Of a stretch of 64,000 nucleotides of DNA, positions 1-10,790 are shown in pieces. Origin of the DNA: Candidatus Parcubacteria bacterium (GTDB lineage: Bacteria > Patescibacteriota > Minisyncoccia > Phycocordibacterales > JAKAEA01); NCBI GenBank assembly GCA_963806325.1, contig CAWDXL010000002.1, forward strand, positions 128,802 to 192,801. The letters are read 5' to 3'. Positions within the stretch are counted from its first letter, which is position 1. The number at the start of each line of letters is the position of its first letter. A program made the position numbers and the translations under genes. The notes beneath the pieces were generated by a model. It was not told where the DNA came from. It saw nothing but the letters and a program-made list of their open reading frames with translations, and made no database searches.

Positions 1-1067
1 TCTGGTCCGCATCATTTGCCGCTGCGGCAGTGTTTGGTCCGCTTATCGGTGGTCCGCTTATCGACAATTTTGGCTGGCGTTCGGTATTTATTGTCAATCT
101 TCCGATTGGCATTGTCGGTCTTGTCATGGCTTTGGCGTTTGTCGAGGAATCAATGTCAACAATCAAGACAGTAAAATTCGACTGGTGGGGAGCCATCACG
201 CTCGGCGGTGCTCTCTCGTCTCTTGTCCTTGTACTTGATCAGGGAGAAACATGGGGCTGGCTTTCGCAAAATAGCAATCTGTGCTATCTCGCTCTTGTTA
301 TTTTCAGCATCATTTTTTACTTCGTCGAATACAATCATGATGAACCGATCATCGATTTTAAATTTTTCAAGAATGCGGTTTTCAATTATACGCTTCTCAA
401 CAACTTCATAAGCTTCATGGGGCTCATGGGTAGCATTTTTCTCGTACCGATTTTTGCCGAAACATTTTTAGGCTACGACGCCACGCAGACAGGATACCTT
501 TTCATACCAATGGCTTTTGCGCTTATGCTTGGTGCGCCGATTGGCGGCAGGCTTATTGGCAAGGTACGATCGAGCTACGTTATTGCTGCAAGTACGCTCG
601 TCGCCGGCCTCGGCCTCTATTTCTTCTCATGGCTTGATCCGCGTTCGGATGTGTGGGCGATTATTATGCCTCTTTCAATCATGGCATTCGGCCTCGGTTT
701 CGGCATGGCTCAGCGCACAGCCGCTATTGCGTCTGCCGTGCCGACCGAGGAAATCGGCATAGCTTCGTCGATCTTAGCTCTTGTCCGCAACATTGCCGGC
801 GCCTTTGGTATTTCTGTCTTTAGTACTATTTTAAATAATATTACCAACAGCAATGTGCTTGAAATTGCGCGCAGTGCCGTCATTAATGTTCAAAGTCAGC
901 TCAATTATGAAACTGCTGTTCAGCTCATTATTCTCAAGGCACAGGTCTCGGCGTATGCGACTGTCTACCTTATTTCCGCAGGAGTGATGTTTCTAGGTGC
1001 AGCCACTGCGCTTCTCATTAGAACAGACGATACCAAATTACAGGGTGTTGAAATTATGGTGGAGTAG
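1..1067 (+). CDS. MFS transporter (drug:H+ antiporter-like), 5'-truncated at window edge
   Basis: The frame is open from base 3. The product is hydrophobic and multi-TM, with the MFS-like motif 'GPLIGGPLIDNFGWR'. The ORF track lists it as 30..1067. Confidence 0.7.
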   Translation, partial: WSASFAAAAVFGPLIGGPLIDNFGWRSVFIVNLPIGIVGLVMALAFVEESMSTIKTVKFDWWGAITLGGALSSLVLVLDQGETWGWLSQNSNLCYLALVIFSIIFYFVEYNHDEPIIDFKFFKNAVFNYTLLNNFISFMGLMGSIFLVPIFAETFLGYDATQTGYLFIPMAFALMLGAPIGGRLIGKVRSSYVIAASTLVAGLGLYFFSWLDPRSDVWAIIMPLSIMAFGLGFGMAQRTAAIASAVPTEEIGIASSILALVRNIAGAFGISVFSTILNNITNSNVLEIARSAVINVQSQLNYETAVQLIILKAQVSAYATVYLISAGVMFLGAATALLIRTDDTKLQGVEIMVE

Positions 1068-1809
1068 GGAATCTACGCGTGCATATACGTCTCCGCTGCG
1101 CCGGATTCGATTGCTTCGGCAATTTTGTTGGCGACATATTCAGCAGTGTCGGGTACGGGCATGTTGGCGCGGTTTTTGTGAAAAAGATAGATTCGGCGTT
1201 TTTTGATTTTATAGAGTTTTTGCCGAATTCTGTTGCAGTCGAGTCCCGGTGCACCACGCTTACGATGATATTATCTTTTTCCAATTCTTGTCGAGCGGTA
1301 AGCGAGAGAGCATTGAGTGCGTATTTTGTAGAGGCGTAGGCGCCAAGATTTGGATAATAATTTTTTGAAACGATCGAGCTGATATTCACAATCACTCCGC
1401 CGCCCTGAACTCGCATGAGAGGAATTACTTCCTGCATGGCAATCATCGGCCCCATGATATTAAGATCGATAATTTTCTGATACTCTTTTGGATCAACCAG
1501 TTCAACCGGGCTATAAAGGCCCTGCCCGGCGTTGTTGATAAGCACGTCAATTCTGCCAAATTTTTTATGTGTTTTAGCAATAAGGCTTTTAATAGATTTT
1601 GGACTTATCATGTCCGTCGGCACCACAAGGGAAGATACTCCAAGCTTTGACGGTGAAGCCTCGAGTTCTTTTTGGAGATCATCAAGCTTATCTTTTGAAC
1701 GGGCAGCGAGCACTACGGTCGCCCCTTTTTCATAGAGAGCTCTTGCTGCGGCAGCGCCGATTCCCATTGATGCGCCGGTGATGATAATGACGCTATTTTT
1801 TATATTCAT
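1054..1809 (-). CDS. short-chain dehydrogenase/reductase (SDR) family oxidoreductase
   Basis: Rossmann motif 'IIITGASMGIGAAAARAL', 'NNAG', and a YxxxK-type catalytic region ('YASTKYAL'). The likely start is the internal ATG at 1809 (MNIKNS...). Confidence 0.8.
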   Translation of the reverse strand: MNIKNSVIIITGASMGIGAAAARALYEKGATVVLAARSKDKLDDLQKELEASPSKLGVSSLVVPTDMISPKSIKSLIAKTHKKFGRIDVLINNAGQGLYSPVELVDPKEYQKIIDLNIMGPMIAMQEVIPLMRVQGGGVIVNISSIVSKNYYPNLGAYASTKYALNALSLTARQELEKDNIIVSVVHRDSTATEFGKNSIKSKNAESIFFTKTAPTCPYPTLLNMSPTKLPKQSNPAQRRRICTRRFPTPP

Positions 1810-1901
1810 ACAATGTAAGACGAAATGGCTAATAATTCTTGCACGTAGTATTATTATACTACAAAAATAGCTCTGCGGTTTATTGGACAGTATCAATCAA
1901 C

Positions 1902-3011
1902 ATGAAAAAGCACTTTGAAAAAATTGCATCATTCTATCAGCGGTATGAGCGGCACATTTCCTCACTTGCGCTTGTCGGCGGATTCGTTTTTGATGCGATC
2001 ACGCTGAAGCGTGTTGATCTTTTTCTTGAAAATTTTTGGGTAGTTATGCATCTTGTGGTAGCGGCAGTTGGCATCATTGCATTAAATTTTATTGAACAGG
2101 AAAAGTCTGCCACCGGCACGAAAGAAAAAAACGAGGTGATGACTCTTCATTTCTGGCTTATTTTTATCGTGCAATTTGCATTTGGAGGGCTTCTGAGTAC
2201 ATTTTTAGTTTTTTATTTCAGAAGCGCGACATCGAGCACCGCGTGGCCGTTTCTTCTGCTGCTCGCTATTATTTTTATTGCCAACGAGGTTTTTAAAAAG
2301 CACTACTCCCGTTTATATTTTCAGATAGGCATGCTCTTTGTCTCCATTTTTTCATTTATGATTTATATCGTACCTGTCATCACGCACACCATTAGTACGA
2401 ATATGTTTATTCTAAGTGGTGCACTGAGCGTGCTTATTCTATGGCTCTACCTTATTTGTCTGCGGTTTATAACGCGGGAAAAGCTTAGACAAGAGCGCTG
2501 GATTCTTATTTCAGGCATTATTGCGATCTATGCTGCTATCAACATTCTTTACTTTACGCATACTATTCCACCATTGCCGCTTTCTCTCAAAGATGCGGGC
2601 GTATACCACTCCATTACTAAGGATGCTGATGGAAATTATGAAGCGGTTTCCGAATCAAAAAATTGGTCAGATTATTTCAGCTTCAATGATCCTGTATACA
2701 ATGAAGTAGTGGGGCAGCCGGTGTATGCGTATAGTGCAGTATTTTTGCCGACTGAATTTAATCTGAATATTGTTCACGTTTGGCAATATTATGACGGTAC
2801 GAAAAAGCGGTGGATCACAGAAAATAAAATCGTACTGCCGGTATCCGGCGGCCGCGATGGGGGATATCGAACCTATACTGAAAAAACTAATCTTGTCTCA
2901 GGTCTATGGAGGGTCAGCGTTGAAACAATGTCGGGACAGTATATCGGCAGGATTCAATTCAATGTACAAATATCAACAGATACGCCAGCACTTTCCACAG
3001 TACAGCTTTAA
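1902..3011 (+). CDS. polytopic membrane protein with soluble C-terminal domain (function unknown)
   Basis: About 6 predicted TM helices followed by a ~150-aa hydrophilic C-terminus. Start chosen at MKKHFEK (ATG 1902). Confidence 0.5.
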   Translation: MKKHFEKIASFYQRYERHISSLALVGGFVFDAITLKRVDLFLENFWVVMHLVVAAVGIIALNFIEQEKSATGTKEKNEVMTLHFWLIFIVQFAFGGLLSTFLVFYFRSATSSTAWPFLLLLAIIFIANEVFKKHYSRLYFQIGMLFVSIFSFMIYIVPVITHTISTNMFILSGALSVLILWLYLICLRFITREKLRQERWILISGIIAIYAAINILYFTHTIPPLPLSLKDAGVYHSITKDADGNYEAVSESKNWSDYFSFNDPVYNEVVGQPVYAYSAVFLPTEFNLNIVHVWQYYDGTKKRWITENKIVLPVSGGRDGGYRTYTEKTNLVSGLWRVSVETMSGQYIGRIQFNVQISTDTPALSTVQL

Positions 3012-3018
3012 TGTAAAA

Positions 3019-3043
3019 GCACCCCGACACAAAATCGGGGTGC
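3019..3043. terminator. GC-rich hairpin between convergent genes (bidirectional terminator candidate)
   Basis: gcaccccga-cacaaaa-tcggggtgc is a 9-bp GC stem, with an A/T run on both sides. Confidence 0.5.
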
Positions 3044-3072
3044 AAAAGGTCTAGCGAGAAAACTGGGTAGTG

Positions 3073-3459
3073 CTAGGCATTGAGAAGCCGCTCCTTGGAT
3101 GGTCCATACATCAAGCCTCCATAGAACGCGATTCCGCCTTCTGCCACCGTTTCAACAATATATAGGGGCAAATTTTCTCGCTCGCCATGAGTAATGTTGT
3201 TGTCTGGGTCTTTAACGTACACTGTGTCCGAAAAAGCTCCGCCCGAAGCGTACCACCACTGCTCTTGATCCGGAGCATGTTGTTTCAAATACCGACGGCC
3301 AGCGGCGGTGAGATAGTGACGGTGGATGCTTTGCGCAATCTTGTGTGACGTAAACAAGCGGCATTCAATTGCCCATGCTTTGGCATCGAGTGAGCCGGGT
3401 ATGTCGTCGTTACGCAGAGGTTTCTTTTGTAATTCTGCATATCTCATTTTTCTCAACAT
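3073..3459 (-). CDS. hypothetical protein
   Basis: 128-aa ORF with locally higher GC than its neighbours. No recognisable motif. Confidence 0.35.
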   Translation of the reverse strand: MLRKMRYAELQKKPLRNDDIPGSLDAKAWAIECRLFTSHKIAQSIHRHYLTAAGRRYLKQHAPDQEQWWYASGGAFSDTVYVKDPDNNITHGERENLPLYIVETVAEGGIAFYGGLMYGPSKERLLNA

Positions 3460-3695
3460 TGCAAAACGACATCCCTTGTCAGCTCAAGATCTTTTTGGTA
3501 AGAACTCATACCAATCTCCTGTAGGTGCATTTCAAGCTTGTTTGTGGATGGGGTAGTACACCACCTCTCTACAAACAAACAACTTTTAAAACTCTACCAC
3601 TTCCCAAAACATCAGTCAATGAGTCTACGAGCTTTAGCTTTTCTTCATCTCCATATGCGAGAATGATGGGTACAGTGTGTTAAAATGAGCAAATT

Positions 3696-5258
3696 ATGAC
3701 CCAGCACGAAGCTCTCGATATATTAAAACTTGGCAAAAATGTGTATCTTACCGGCTCAGCTGGAAGCGGAAAAACATATCTCCTTAATCAATATATTAAG
3801 TATCTAAAAGACAATGATGTGGATGTGGCGGTGACGGCTTCGACTGGCGTGGCAGCGACTCATATGAATGGCATGACGATTCATTCGTGGTCGGGTCTTG
3901 GTATTCGCGATGAGCTTTCTGATCAGGACATGGATGAAATGGAAGAAAAACATTATCTCTGGAATCGCTTCCAAAACGTGAAGGTACTCATTATTGATGA
4001 AGTCTCGATGCTCCATCATTTCAGGCTCGATCTCGTTGAAAGAATTGTCCGATCCTTTAAAAGAAATAATCAAGTTTTTGGCGGGTTGCAGGTAGTGCTC
4101 TGCGGAGACTTTTTTCAATTGCCGCCGGTATCGCGCATGGGCGAGCGGGAAGCGCACTTTATCTATGAATCGCAAACTTGGAAAGCGCTTGGTCTTACGG
4201 TCTGCTATCTCCACGAACAGCATAGACAGACGGACGACGCTTGTCTCGATGTGTTAAACGCAATCCGCACCAATGATATTTCGGAAGATACCTATGAGCA
4301 TTTAAAATCTCGTTTTAATAAAGTGCCTGATACAAGCATTGAACCGACTCGGCTCTACACGCATAATATCGATGTCGACAGCATCAACGAGCGGGAGCTA
4401 AAAACTATCGACGGCGGATCGACTGTGTACACAATGACGACTGAAGGCCGGCCAGCGCTCGTGGAAACACTCAAGAAAAGCTGTCTTGCTCCGGAAAAAC
4501 TTAATTTGAAAAAAGGAGCGCGGGTGATGTTTGTAAAAAATAATTTTGAGATGGGTTATGTCAATGGCACGCTCGGAAAAATCGTCGGGCTTGCTCCAGC
4601 CGGACCGATTGTCGAGACGATAAAAGGCGTGCGCATCACGGCTATTCCCGCCGATTGGACTATCGAAGAAGACGGCAAGGTAAAGGCTCAGATCAGCCAA
4701 GTTCCGCTCCGTTTGGCGTGGGCTATTACCGTGCACAAAAGCCAGGGCATGAGTCTTGATGCTGTCGAAGTTGATCTTTCAAAATCATTTGAGCCGGGCA
4801 TGGGGTATGTGGCATTATCACGCGTACGCACGCTTGCAGGCCTCAATCTTCTCGGTATCAATGATATGGCGCTTCGGGTGCATGGAGAGGTGCTTGAATT
4901 CGATAAACATTTGCAGGAGCTTTCCGAGACGGCTGCAGATAAACTTAAAGATATGAGTCCGGCGAGAAAGGCGGCACAGCAAAAAGAATTTTTAGATTCG
5001 ATCAAGTCTGAATTTGAAGAGAAAAAAATTCCTACGCACGAAAAAACACTTCTGCTCATACAGGAAAAAATGTCGCTGAAGGATATGGCAAAAAACAGGG
5101 AAGTGGGCGTCGGTACTATTATTGATCATCTCGAAAGACTTGCAGCTGAAGGGAAAATAAATCCGGATCAGGATCTTGCCTACATCAAAAAAACCATTAA
5201 GCGTCTTGCTGCAATGCAAAAGGCTTTTGGTGCAGTGTATAAAGAGACGGGGAATTGA
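3696..5258 (+). CDS. ATP-dependent DNA helicase, PIF1/RecD-like (AAA_30)
   Basis: Walker A 'TGSAGSGKT', 'IIDEVSML', 'VVLCGDFFQLPPV', and a C-terminal 'AITVHKSQG' helicase motif. Confidence 0.85.
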   Translation: MTQHEALDILKLGKNVYLTGSAGSGKTYLLNQYIKYLKDNDVDVAVTASTGVAATHMNGMTIHSWSGLGIRDELSDQDMDEMEEKHYLWNRFQNVKVLIIDEVSMLHHFRLDLVERIVRSFKRNNQVFGGLQVVLCGDFFQLPPVSRMGEREAHFIYESQTWKALGLTVCYLHEQHRQTDDACLDVLNAIRTNDISEDTYEHLKSRFNKVPDTSIEPTRLYTHNIDVDSINERELKTIDGGSTVYTMTTEGRPALVETLKKSCLAPEKLNLKKGARVMFVKNNFEMGYVNGTLGKIVGLAPAGPIVETIKGVRITAIPADWTIEEDGKVKAQISQVPLRLAWAITVHKSQGMSLDAVEVDLSKSFEPGMGYVALSRVRTLAGLNLLGINDMALRVHGEVLEFDKHLQELSETAADKLKDMSPARKAAQQKEFLDSIKSEFEEKKIPTHEKTLLLIQEKMSLKDMAKNREVGVGTIIDHLERLAAEGKINPDQDLAYIKKTIKRLAAMQKAFGAVYKETGN

Positions 5259-5348
5259 AACTTGCGCCAGCGCGTGATATGCTCGGCGCCACCTTCAATT
5301 TTGAAGAGCTTCGTATGGCGAGATTGTTTGTAAATAAATAGCATAAAA

Positions 5349-5374
5349 CCTCTCAGATGTTATGAGAGATTTTA
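5349..5374 (+). terminator. weak hairpin + T-tract after helicase gene
   Basis: cctctca-gatgtta-tgagag followed by atttt. The stem is AT-rich. Confidence 0.3.
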
Positions 5375-5411
5375 TGGCTTTGTGTCCAATAATTCTTGAG
5401 CGGTGACTAAA

Positions 5412-7853
5412 CTAGTTTAAAATATGTGATCGAGAAATCGGTCCAAAATATCCTGAAGCCGGTTTTATACCTGCTGCAACCTGGAATTTTATGACAGCGG
5501 CCCTGGTCGCCTGTCCGAAGTATTCAGTTTCGTTGCCCGGCGATCCTCGTCCGGCAGACGCTACGTTAAAACCGTGCAGGTTTAGATATTGTTGAAGAAG
5601 TTTGACGTCCCGGCCAAACATTCCAGTCATAAGATTGCGACTAAAAATCCACACAGGAATTGATGAAGATTCTACTTCGGGTGTAGAGGTGGATATGTGA
5701 GGGCATGGTGCATCTGTAGCGATGTTGTATATGTCTCCTGGTTGGCATACGGGGCCGGTCGCTATACCTAATACTTTTCCTAGTGGAATTGGTGGCGCAT
5801 AATAACCTCCTCCACTGCTTGGAATACCGATCCCTGTGTTTCCACTGTTCACCACAGGCACAGTTGATCCTGAGGCTGCTATGTTTATTGTATAAGGTTG
5901 GGTCGTTGAAGATGTTCCGTTTGTGGTAAGTACATTAAATGTAGAGGTGCCATCTGCGGTGGGCGTGCCTGAGATTAATGCAGAAGAAGAGTTGAGTATC
6001 AGGCCTGCTGGCAGAGTTCCTGACGAGACAGACCATGTGAATGATCCCGTAGCTGTTGTAGAAGCTGTCAATGTTTGGTTGTATGCGGTCCCAACTGTTC
6101 CGCTTGGTAGTGTTGTTGGGACAATAGTTACAGCAGGAACGGGAATTGGCGATACAGGGGGCGTGATTGGCGAAATATTGTGGAGTATATTAGTACCCTG
6201 ATCCATCGTTACAATGCTGACAGAATTGTTCTGTTCTTTTGTTTGAAGATATGAAACAATTTCTTGAAGCATTTGCGGCGTAACACCGTACACTTCTCCA
6301 TTTTGAGCAATAATGTTTGCCGGATCAACATCATGGAATGTAATGACGAGCCACCACTTGTTGGCAATTGCCGTATCGATCCATGATTGTATTGTGCTAA
6401 ATGTTGTTGAAGCGACAGCGCTCTCGCTCTTGAGCAACAGTGGATCGGTGGTAGCGGTATTAAAGCCGACATCAACGGTGCGAGCATTGGTATATCCCGC
6501 AGCACTCACCATCTGCTTAATATTGGAATTATAATCTCCAAACGGATAGGCGATGCCATCCACGGGTGACATGCCAAACGATTCAAGAACAGATCGGGAA
6601 CCGCTTATTTCCTGGGAAGCTGTCGAATCAGAAATTGTTGTAAGATCAAGATCGGGATGCGTTTCAGTGTGTGAATCGATTTCGTTGCCTTCTGCCTGAA
6701 GTGTTTGAAGCTGGGACTCCGTCATGTAATCTTGATATTCTATGAGTGATGGATTGGATACGGTAATCACTCCATTCTGATCTGGGCTTTGAGAAATACT
6801 AATCGGCGTAACGGTATTTCCGGAAATGGTTGGGAGTGTGAAAGAAAAGTTTGCATCCATATTATTTCCGGCGGGAAGCGAGCCGAGCGTCATAGATACC
6901 ACGTCTCCAGCCGGACAATTTCCGGTTTGTGAAATTGAGCAATAATCAAGGCGTAGCGTGCTCGTGGTTGTAGATGTGTAGGTATCGGTAAATGTGTATT
7001 CCTGATATGTTGGATCGGTAAAAATTGCACCGTATGTTTCTACATTTGTAATATTCCCCCAGTGTATAGTAGATGACGCTGTAATAGTACCGGTGGCAAT
7101 TCCAGTGTTTTCAAGAAGGTTGCCGGAAGATGCATCTGTTGCGCTGAGTATGGGATCGGTGATGATATAGTATGTTGCTGGCATATGGGCAGCATTCAAG
7201 ATTGGCCGGGCATTATTGTACTGGGATGTCCACCCATCATCAAACGTAAGTGATACCATTGCCTTTGAAAAAGCCCCTTGGTTTGATGGTGTGTAATTAG
7301 TCAGAGCATAATCTGCTGTGGTCAGGCTGCCATTGGTATTTTGAATGAGATGGAGAACGGTGACAGATACAGCATTGGATGGAGCTGGGAATACTTCCTG
7401 CGGAGTATGGGCCCACGTCCCATTGGTTGAAGGCAGCGTGGCGATTGCATCATACGAAAGCGAACCGTCATTCATTGTCCACTGAGCAATGAGGTAACTT
7501 TCTATGGTTGAATTATATGAATCCGAAAATGAATAAAGATTGTTGCCTGTCACCGCGACGTTCTTAAAATACCATTCTGCCGCTCCGCTTACATAATTGG
7601 ACAAGGTGACTTCTGCACCAACATCTCCGGAGGTCGGTCCTGGTACGGGATAATTATAGGTGGCGGTAGTTGTTCCGTAGCCACCCTGAAACCAGTTGTC
7701 CGGTGTTGTGCTTGCAACAGTTGTGCTTTGCATGTCGGCATTCAATATGAGGTTTCCAGATGCACTGAGTGTGGTTCCATGCGCAAAAAACGGCGCGATA
7801 AAAAATAATATTCCAATAACAGCGGTCGCTCCATTTTTTTGTAATTTTGACAT
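5412..7853 (-). CDS. secreted multi-domain polysaccharide deacetylase (CBM-like N-domain, NodB deacetylase domain, putative-Ig domain, C-terminal peptidoglycan-binding domain)
   Basis: Signal/TM N-terminus. NodB motif 'LTFDDGW'. An Ig-like segment 'FTWSVSSGTLPAGL...ISGTP'. A C-terminal PG_binding_1-like 'LLQQYLNLHGF...GYFGPISR'. Confidence 0.75.
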   Translation of the reverse strand: MSKLQKNGATAVIGILFFIAPFFAHGTTLSASGNLILNADMQSTTVASTTPDNWFQGGYGTTTATYNYPVPGPTSGDVGAEVTLSNYVSGAAEWYFKNVAVTGNNLYSFSDSYNSTIESYLIAQWTMNDGSLSYDAIATLPSTNGTWAHTPQEVFPAPSNAVSVTVLHLIQNTNGSLTTADYALTNYTPSNQGAFSKAMVSLTFDDGWTSQYNNARPILNAAHMPATYYIITDPILSATDASSGNLLENTGIATGTITASSTIHWGNITNVETYGAIFTDPTYQEYTFTDTYTSTTTSTLRLDYCSISQTGNCPAGDVVSMTLGSLPAGNNMDANFSFTLPTISGNTVTPISISQSPDQNGVITVSNPSLIEYQDYMTESQLQTLQAEGNEIDSHTETHPDLDLTTISDSTASQEISGSRSVLESFGMSPVDGIAYPFGDYNSNIKQMVSAAGYTNARTVDVGFNTATTDPLLLKSESAVASTTFSTIQSWIDTAIANKWWLVITFHDVDPANIIAQNGEVYGVTPQMLQEIVSYLQTKEQNNSVSIVTMDQGTNILHNISPITPPVSPIPVPAVTIVPTTLPSGTVGTAYNQTLTASTTATGSFTWSVSSGTLPAGLILNSSSALISGTPTADGTSTFNVLTTNGTSSTTQPYTINIAASGSTVPVVNSGNTGIGIPSSGGGYYAPPIPLGKVLGIATGPVCQPGDIYNIATDAPCPHISTSTPEVESSSIPVWIFSRNLMTGMFGRDVKLLQQYLNLHGFNVASAGRGSPGNETEYFGQATRAAVIKFQVAAGIKPASGYFGPISRSHILN

Positions 7854-7923
7854 GGTATTTGATGGTAATTAATATGTATATAAAATTTCAATGCATGGTA
7901 AATTTTCATTACATTCAATCTCC

Positions 7924-8502
7924 TCATGTTTCGCATAAGGTTGGATGTAAAGGATCCAGTCTATGTGAGCTTGCAAAAAAATCATTGAGTAACGCCATAT
8001 TTTGCCCGTATGCACCAGTATAATTTTTGATGCCAAAATTGTTTGCGAACTGTTGGCGGGAAGAGAATGAATAATCGGTATTGATTGATATTAAATAATT
8101 TATTATCGAATAATTGTATACAGTCGCCCACTTATCAAATGTGATTAATCCGCAATTTGTATTATTGATGATACTGGGGCTGTTTTGAGCTCTGGCGAGG
8201 GGTATTATTTGATTCGGCTGAAAAATGTTGCCAGCAATATTTTTCTCGATTACGGCTCCATATGTATTGATAAATCGAAATGATGAATGGCTATCGAGGA
8301 CGCTTCTATCTACCAGAATAAATGCATTTGTCATGACCATAAGAAACACAATTCCAATTATTGGGTAGCTAAAAATGCTTGCACGCGGAATGCTACTTTG
8401 TGTTTGTGGTTTTCTGAACGGCAGCCAGCTTGAAACTTTGTGTCCTGCAATAACGCAAAGGTGAACAATAACGGAGAGTCCTATAAATGGGGTGAGTGGC
8501 AT
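7924..8502 (-). CDS. hypothetical membrane protein
   Basis: 192-aa ORF with 2 TM segments, lying between the deacetylase and GT2 genes. Confidence 0.4.
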   Translation of the reverse strand: MPLTPFIGLSVIVHLCVIAGHKVSSWLPFRKPQTQSSIPRASIFSYPIIGIVFLMVMTNAFILVDRSVLDSHSSFRFINTYGAVIEKNIAGNIFQPNQIIPLARAQNSPSIINNTNCGLITFDKWATVYNYSIINYLISINTDYSFSSRQQFANNFGIKNYTGAYGQNMALLNDFFASSHRLDPLHPTLCET

Positions 8503-8508
8503 ATATTT

Positions 8509-9537
8509 TTATGATGGTTCAATTATGACTCTGTCCGGACTAAACCAGATAAGATTTTTCCGCCGCAGCACAACCTCCTTGATAAACTGTTCCAGGTATA
8601 CGTATGCATTTATAAACATGAGTATCGTGTAAGGGAATGGCGCGAGAATAAGAAATGGCCGTTTTTCTTTCCATGCAGCCCACATGGCAAATATCATTGC
8701 TACTACAAAGTAGCCGATAAACAACCACATGCCAAACCATAGATTTATAAGAGGCAGGATAAAAATAAGCACTGAAAAAACGAGTCCTTCTGCGTAGATA
8801 AGCGATAATTCAAAGGCCCTGATCGGACGTGTGGCGACAATGCTCCAGTGTTTGACGAGATTTTGCCACCCTCCTCCAAACCAGCGCCTCATCTGGTTTA
8901 TGTAATTCTTAATCGTTGTCGGATCTTGTGTGTATGAAATTGCTTTCTGGTTGTACACTATCCTAAATTGTTTGCGGTGAATCTTGTAGGTAAAGTCGAG
9001 ATCCTCGGTAATTGTGTCATGGTCAAAGGTGATATGCTGATTGAAAAGATCCCGTCGAAAAGCGCTTGCGGCGCCGGGCATGACAAAAATATAATGCATA
9101 TAATTCTGGGCAACTTTATGAATATTTTGTCCTATGACATAATCAAACGCCCTGCAGAGCGTTAACCAATTATAGGGAATACTTTTTACATAGCCTGCGA
9201 CTGCCACAACATCCTTATCGGCAGCAAAGCTTTTCTCAATTTCTTCAGCAAATCTAGTATCAAGAAGCGTATCGGCATCGGTAGTGATGACAATATCTCC
9301 GGAAACAAACTGCATGCCAAACTCTTGGGCACTACTCTTGTTCCCGGTATTCTTTGGCGTTCGTTTTGAAATTATTTTATCGCTGAAGGATGCCAGTATT
9401 TCAGGTGTCCGGTCTCTTGAAGAGTCATCGATAAAAATAATCTCATCAAAAGGGCGCGTTTGATTAAGACATGATTGAATTGAAGCACGAAGAGATTTTT
9501 CTTCGTTGTAGCACGGCACGAGTAAAGATAATTTCAT
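8509..9537 (-). CDS. processive family-2 glycosyltransferase (PgaC/cellulose/chitin-synthase-like)
   Basis: 'LLVPCYNEE', DxD 'TDAD', 'TEDLDFT', and Q(M)RRW, with C-terminal TM helices. Confidence 0.8.
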   Translation of the reverse strand: MKLSLLVPCYNEEKSLRASIQSCLNQTRPFDEIIFIDDSSRDRTPEILASFSDKIISKRTPKNTGNKSSAQEFGMQFVSGDIVITTDADTLLDTRFAEEIEKSFAADKDVVAVAGYVKSIPYNWLTLCRAFDYVIGQNIHKVAQNYMHYIFVMPGAASAFRRDLFNQHITFDHDTITEDLDFTYKIHRKQFRIVYNQKAISYTQDPTTIKNYINQMRRWFGGGWQNLVKHWSIVATRPIRAFELSLIYAEGLVFSVLIFILPLINLWFGMWLFIGYFVVAMIFAMWAAWKEKRPFLILAPFPYTILMFINAYVYLEQFIKEVVLRRKNLIWFSPDRVIIEPS

Positions 9538-9591
9538 ATTGAAAATATATTTTCAGCGAGAAAGAATGGAATTCATAAAAAATTTAAATTT

Positions 9592-9645
9592 AGCTCTACG
9601 ACAAAGACTCCCAACTGACCCATAACTTACAGTCCTGCTACAACT
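9592..9645. repeat. 54-bp direct repeat copy 1 (overlaps stop codon and 3' end of GH26 gene)
   Basis: agctctacgacaaagactcccaactgac...ctgctacaact recurs at 10791..10844 with 3 mismatches. Confidence 0.8.
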
Positions 9646-10697
9646 GATTTGAACGCAGCGAGCGTAGCGGGGCTCGAATTGACAACCCAATCTCCGTCAG
9701 CACCATTTTGATTGAACCAGATCCAGCCCCTCATGTTTGTGTAATTCTTAATATGGGTACCAAGCCCTTCAGTAATCCAATTTGCCTCGGCTGTTCCGGG
9801 GTATGAAGCAGTTGAAAAAATATACATCGGCTTATTAAATGATTGGACCTGATGCACCGCAGTATCAAAAACTTGTCCGAATGTCTGCCATGGGTTGGCA
9901 AAGTTGAAACCGTCAATGCCGACGTAGTCAACATAATCTGAACCGGGGTAGTAATCTGAAAACTGATTACCTGGAATGTTGGGTATCGAAACATTATTAA
10001 AATCAATGGCAAATTTAACGTTGTTGATGCCGTTAAATAAGTTGTGAATATGTATCCATGCTGCTCTAAAGCCATCAGCTGTATTGTTGTTTGTACCATA
10101 TCCCCACGCTTCTTCGTTGAGGTTCATTTCATCAAGTGGAATAAGGATAATCGGAGCATTATATGATTGTGCTGCAGCAGCAAATTGTTTCATATAATTA
10201 TCCTCACTTCCGTTGCTGATGTCATCGTAGCCAAAATTCTGGCTCCCAAAAAATGACAAGCGTTTTACCCTGTTGCCCCACGGTTGCAGATAGATTTGAA
10301 GGGAAGGAGTCATCAAAACCATCAAATGTTGCAACCAAATCCATTTTTTTACCGACCAGTGTCTCAAAGTCTGAGATGCCGTTGGGCTATCACCGACATA
10401 CGCGCCCCACTGCATGTTTGAAGTAGAGGTAGGTATGACGGCTGTGGTGGAAGGAATGTTTTTTAAAATAGTTGAAGAAGATACAATTGATGCACCGCGA
10501 GCGGTTGAAATACTGTGTGTGGAAATTATCGCAGCCGATGATGTGGCAGGGGCTGTACTTATTGTTGCTGGTGACGACGAGAGGGTAGGGGGACGTGATG
10601 TTGATGTCGGATGTTTTTTAAAATTTGAAATCACTATAAACATGACAAGAACAGCAACTACGGCCAAAAATAGCGCCAATAAAAATTTTGCACCCAT
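9627..10697 (-). CDS. membrane-anchored glycoside hydrolase, GH26-like (beta-mannanase family) with Ser/Thr-rich linker
   Basis: N-terminal TM, then an S/T/P-rich linker. The catalytic-domain motifs 'IPLDEMNLNEEAWGYG' and 'VGIDGFN' resemble the GH26 HEMN / nucleophile regions. Confidence 0.55.
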   Translation of the reverse strand: MGAKFLLALFLAVVAVLVMFIVISNFKKHPTSTSRPPTLSSSPATISTAPATSSAAIISTHSISTARGASIVSSSTILKNIPSTTAVIPTSTSNMQWGAYVGDSPTASQTLRHWSVKKWIWLQHLMVLMTPSLQIYLQPWGNRVKRLSFFGSQNFGYDDISNGSEDNYMKQFAAAAQSYNAPIILIPLDEMNLNEEAWGYGTNNNTADGFRAAWIHIHNLFNGINNVKFAIDFNNVSIPNIPGNQFSDYYPGSDYVDYVGIDGFNFANPWQTFGQVFDTAVHQVQSFNKPMYIFSTASYPGTAEANWITEGLGTHIKNYTNMRGWIWFNQNGADGDWVVNSSPATLAAFKSVVAGL

Positions 10698-10790
10698 CCA
10701 ATTTTATTTTTTCATGTGTATTTTGAACCACTCTATCTTGATAGGTTACAACCAAAAAGAGCAGGTGATGGGATATTCATTTGCTCCTCT

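Noticed and set aside
3804-5059. Minus-strand ORFs (3804..4223, 4398..4736, 4688..5059, 4992..5219) inside the helicase gene
   Set aside because: They are antisense to a well-supported PIF1-like helicase CDS and have no motifs or RBS. They are spurious.
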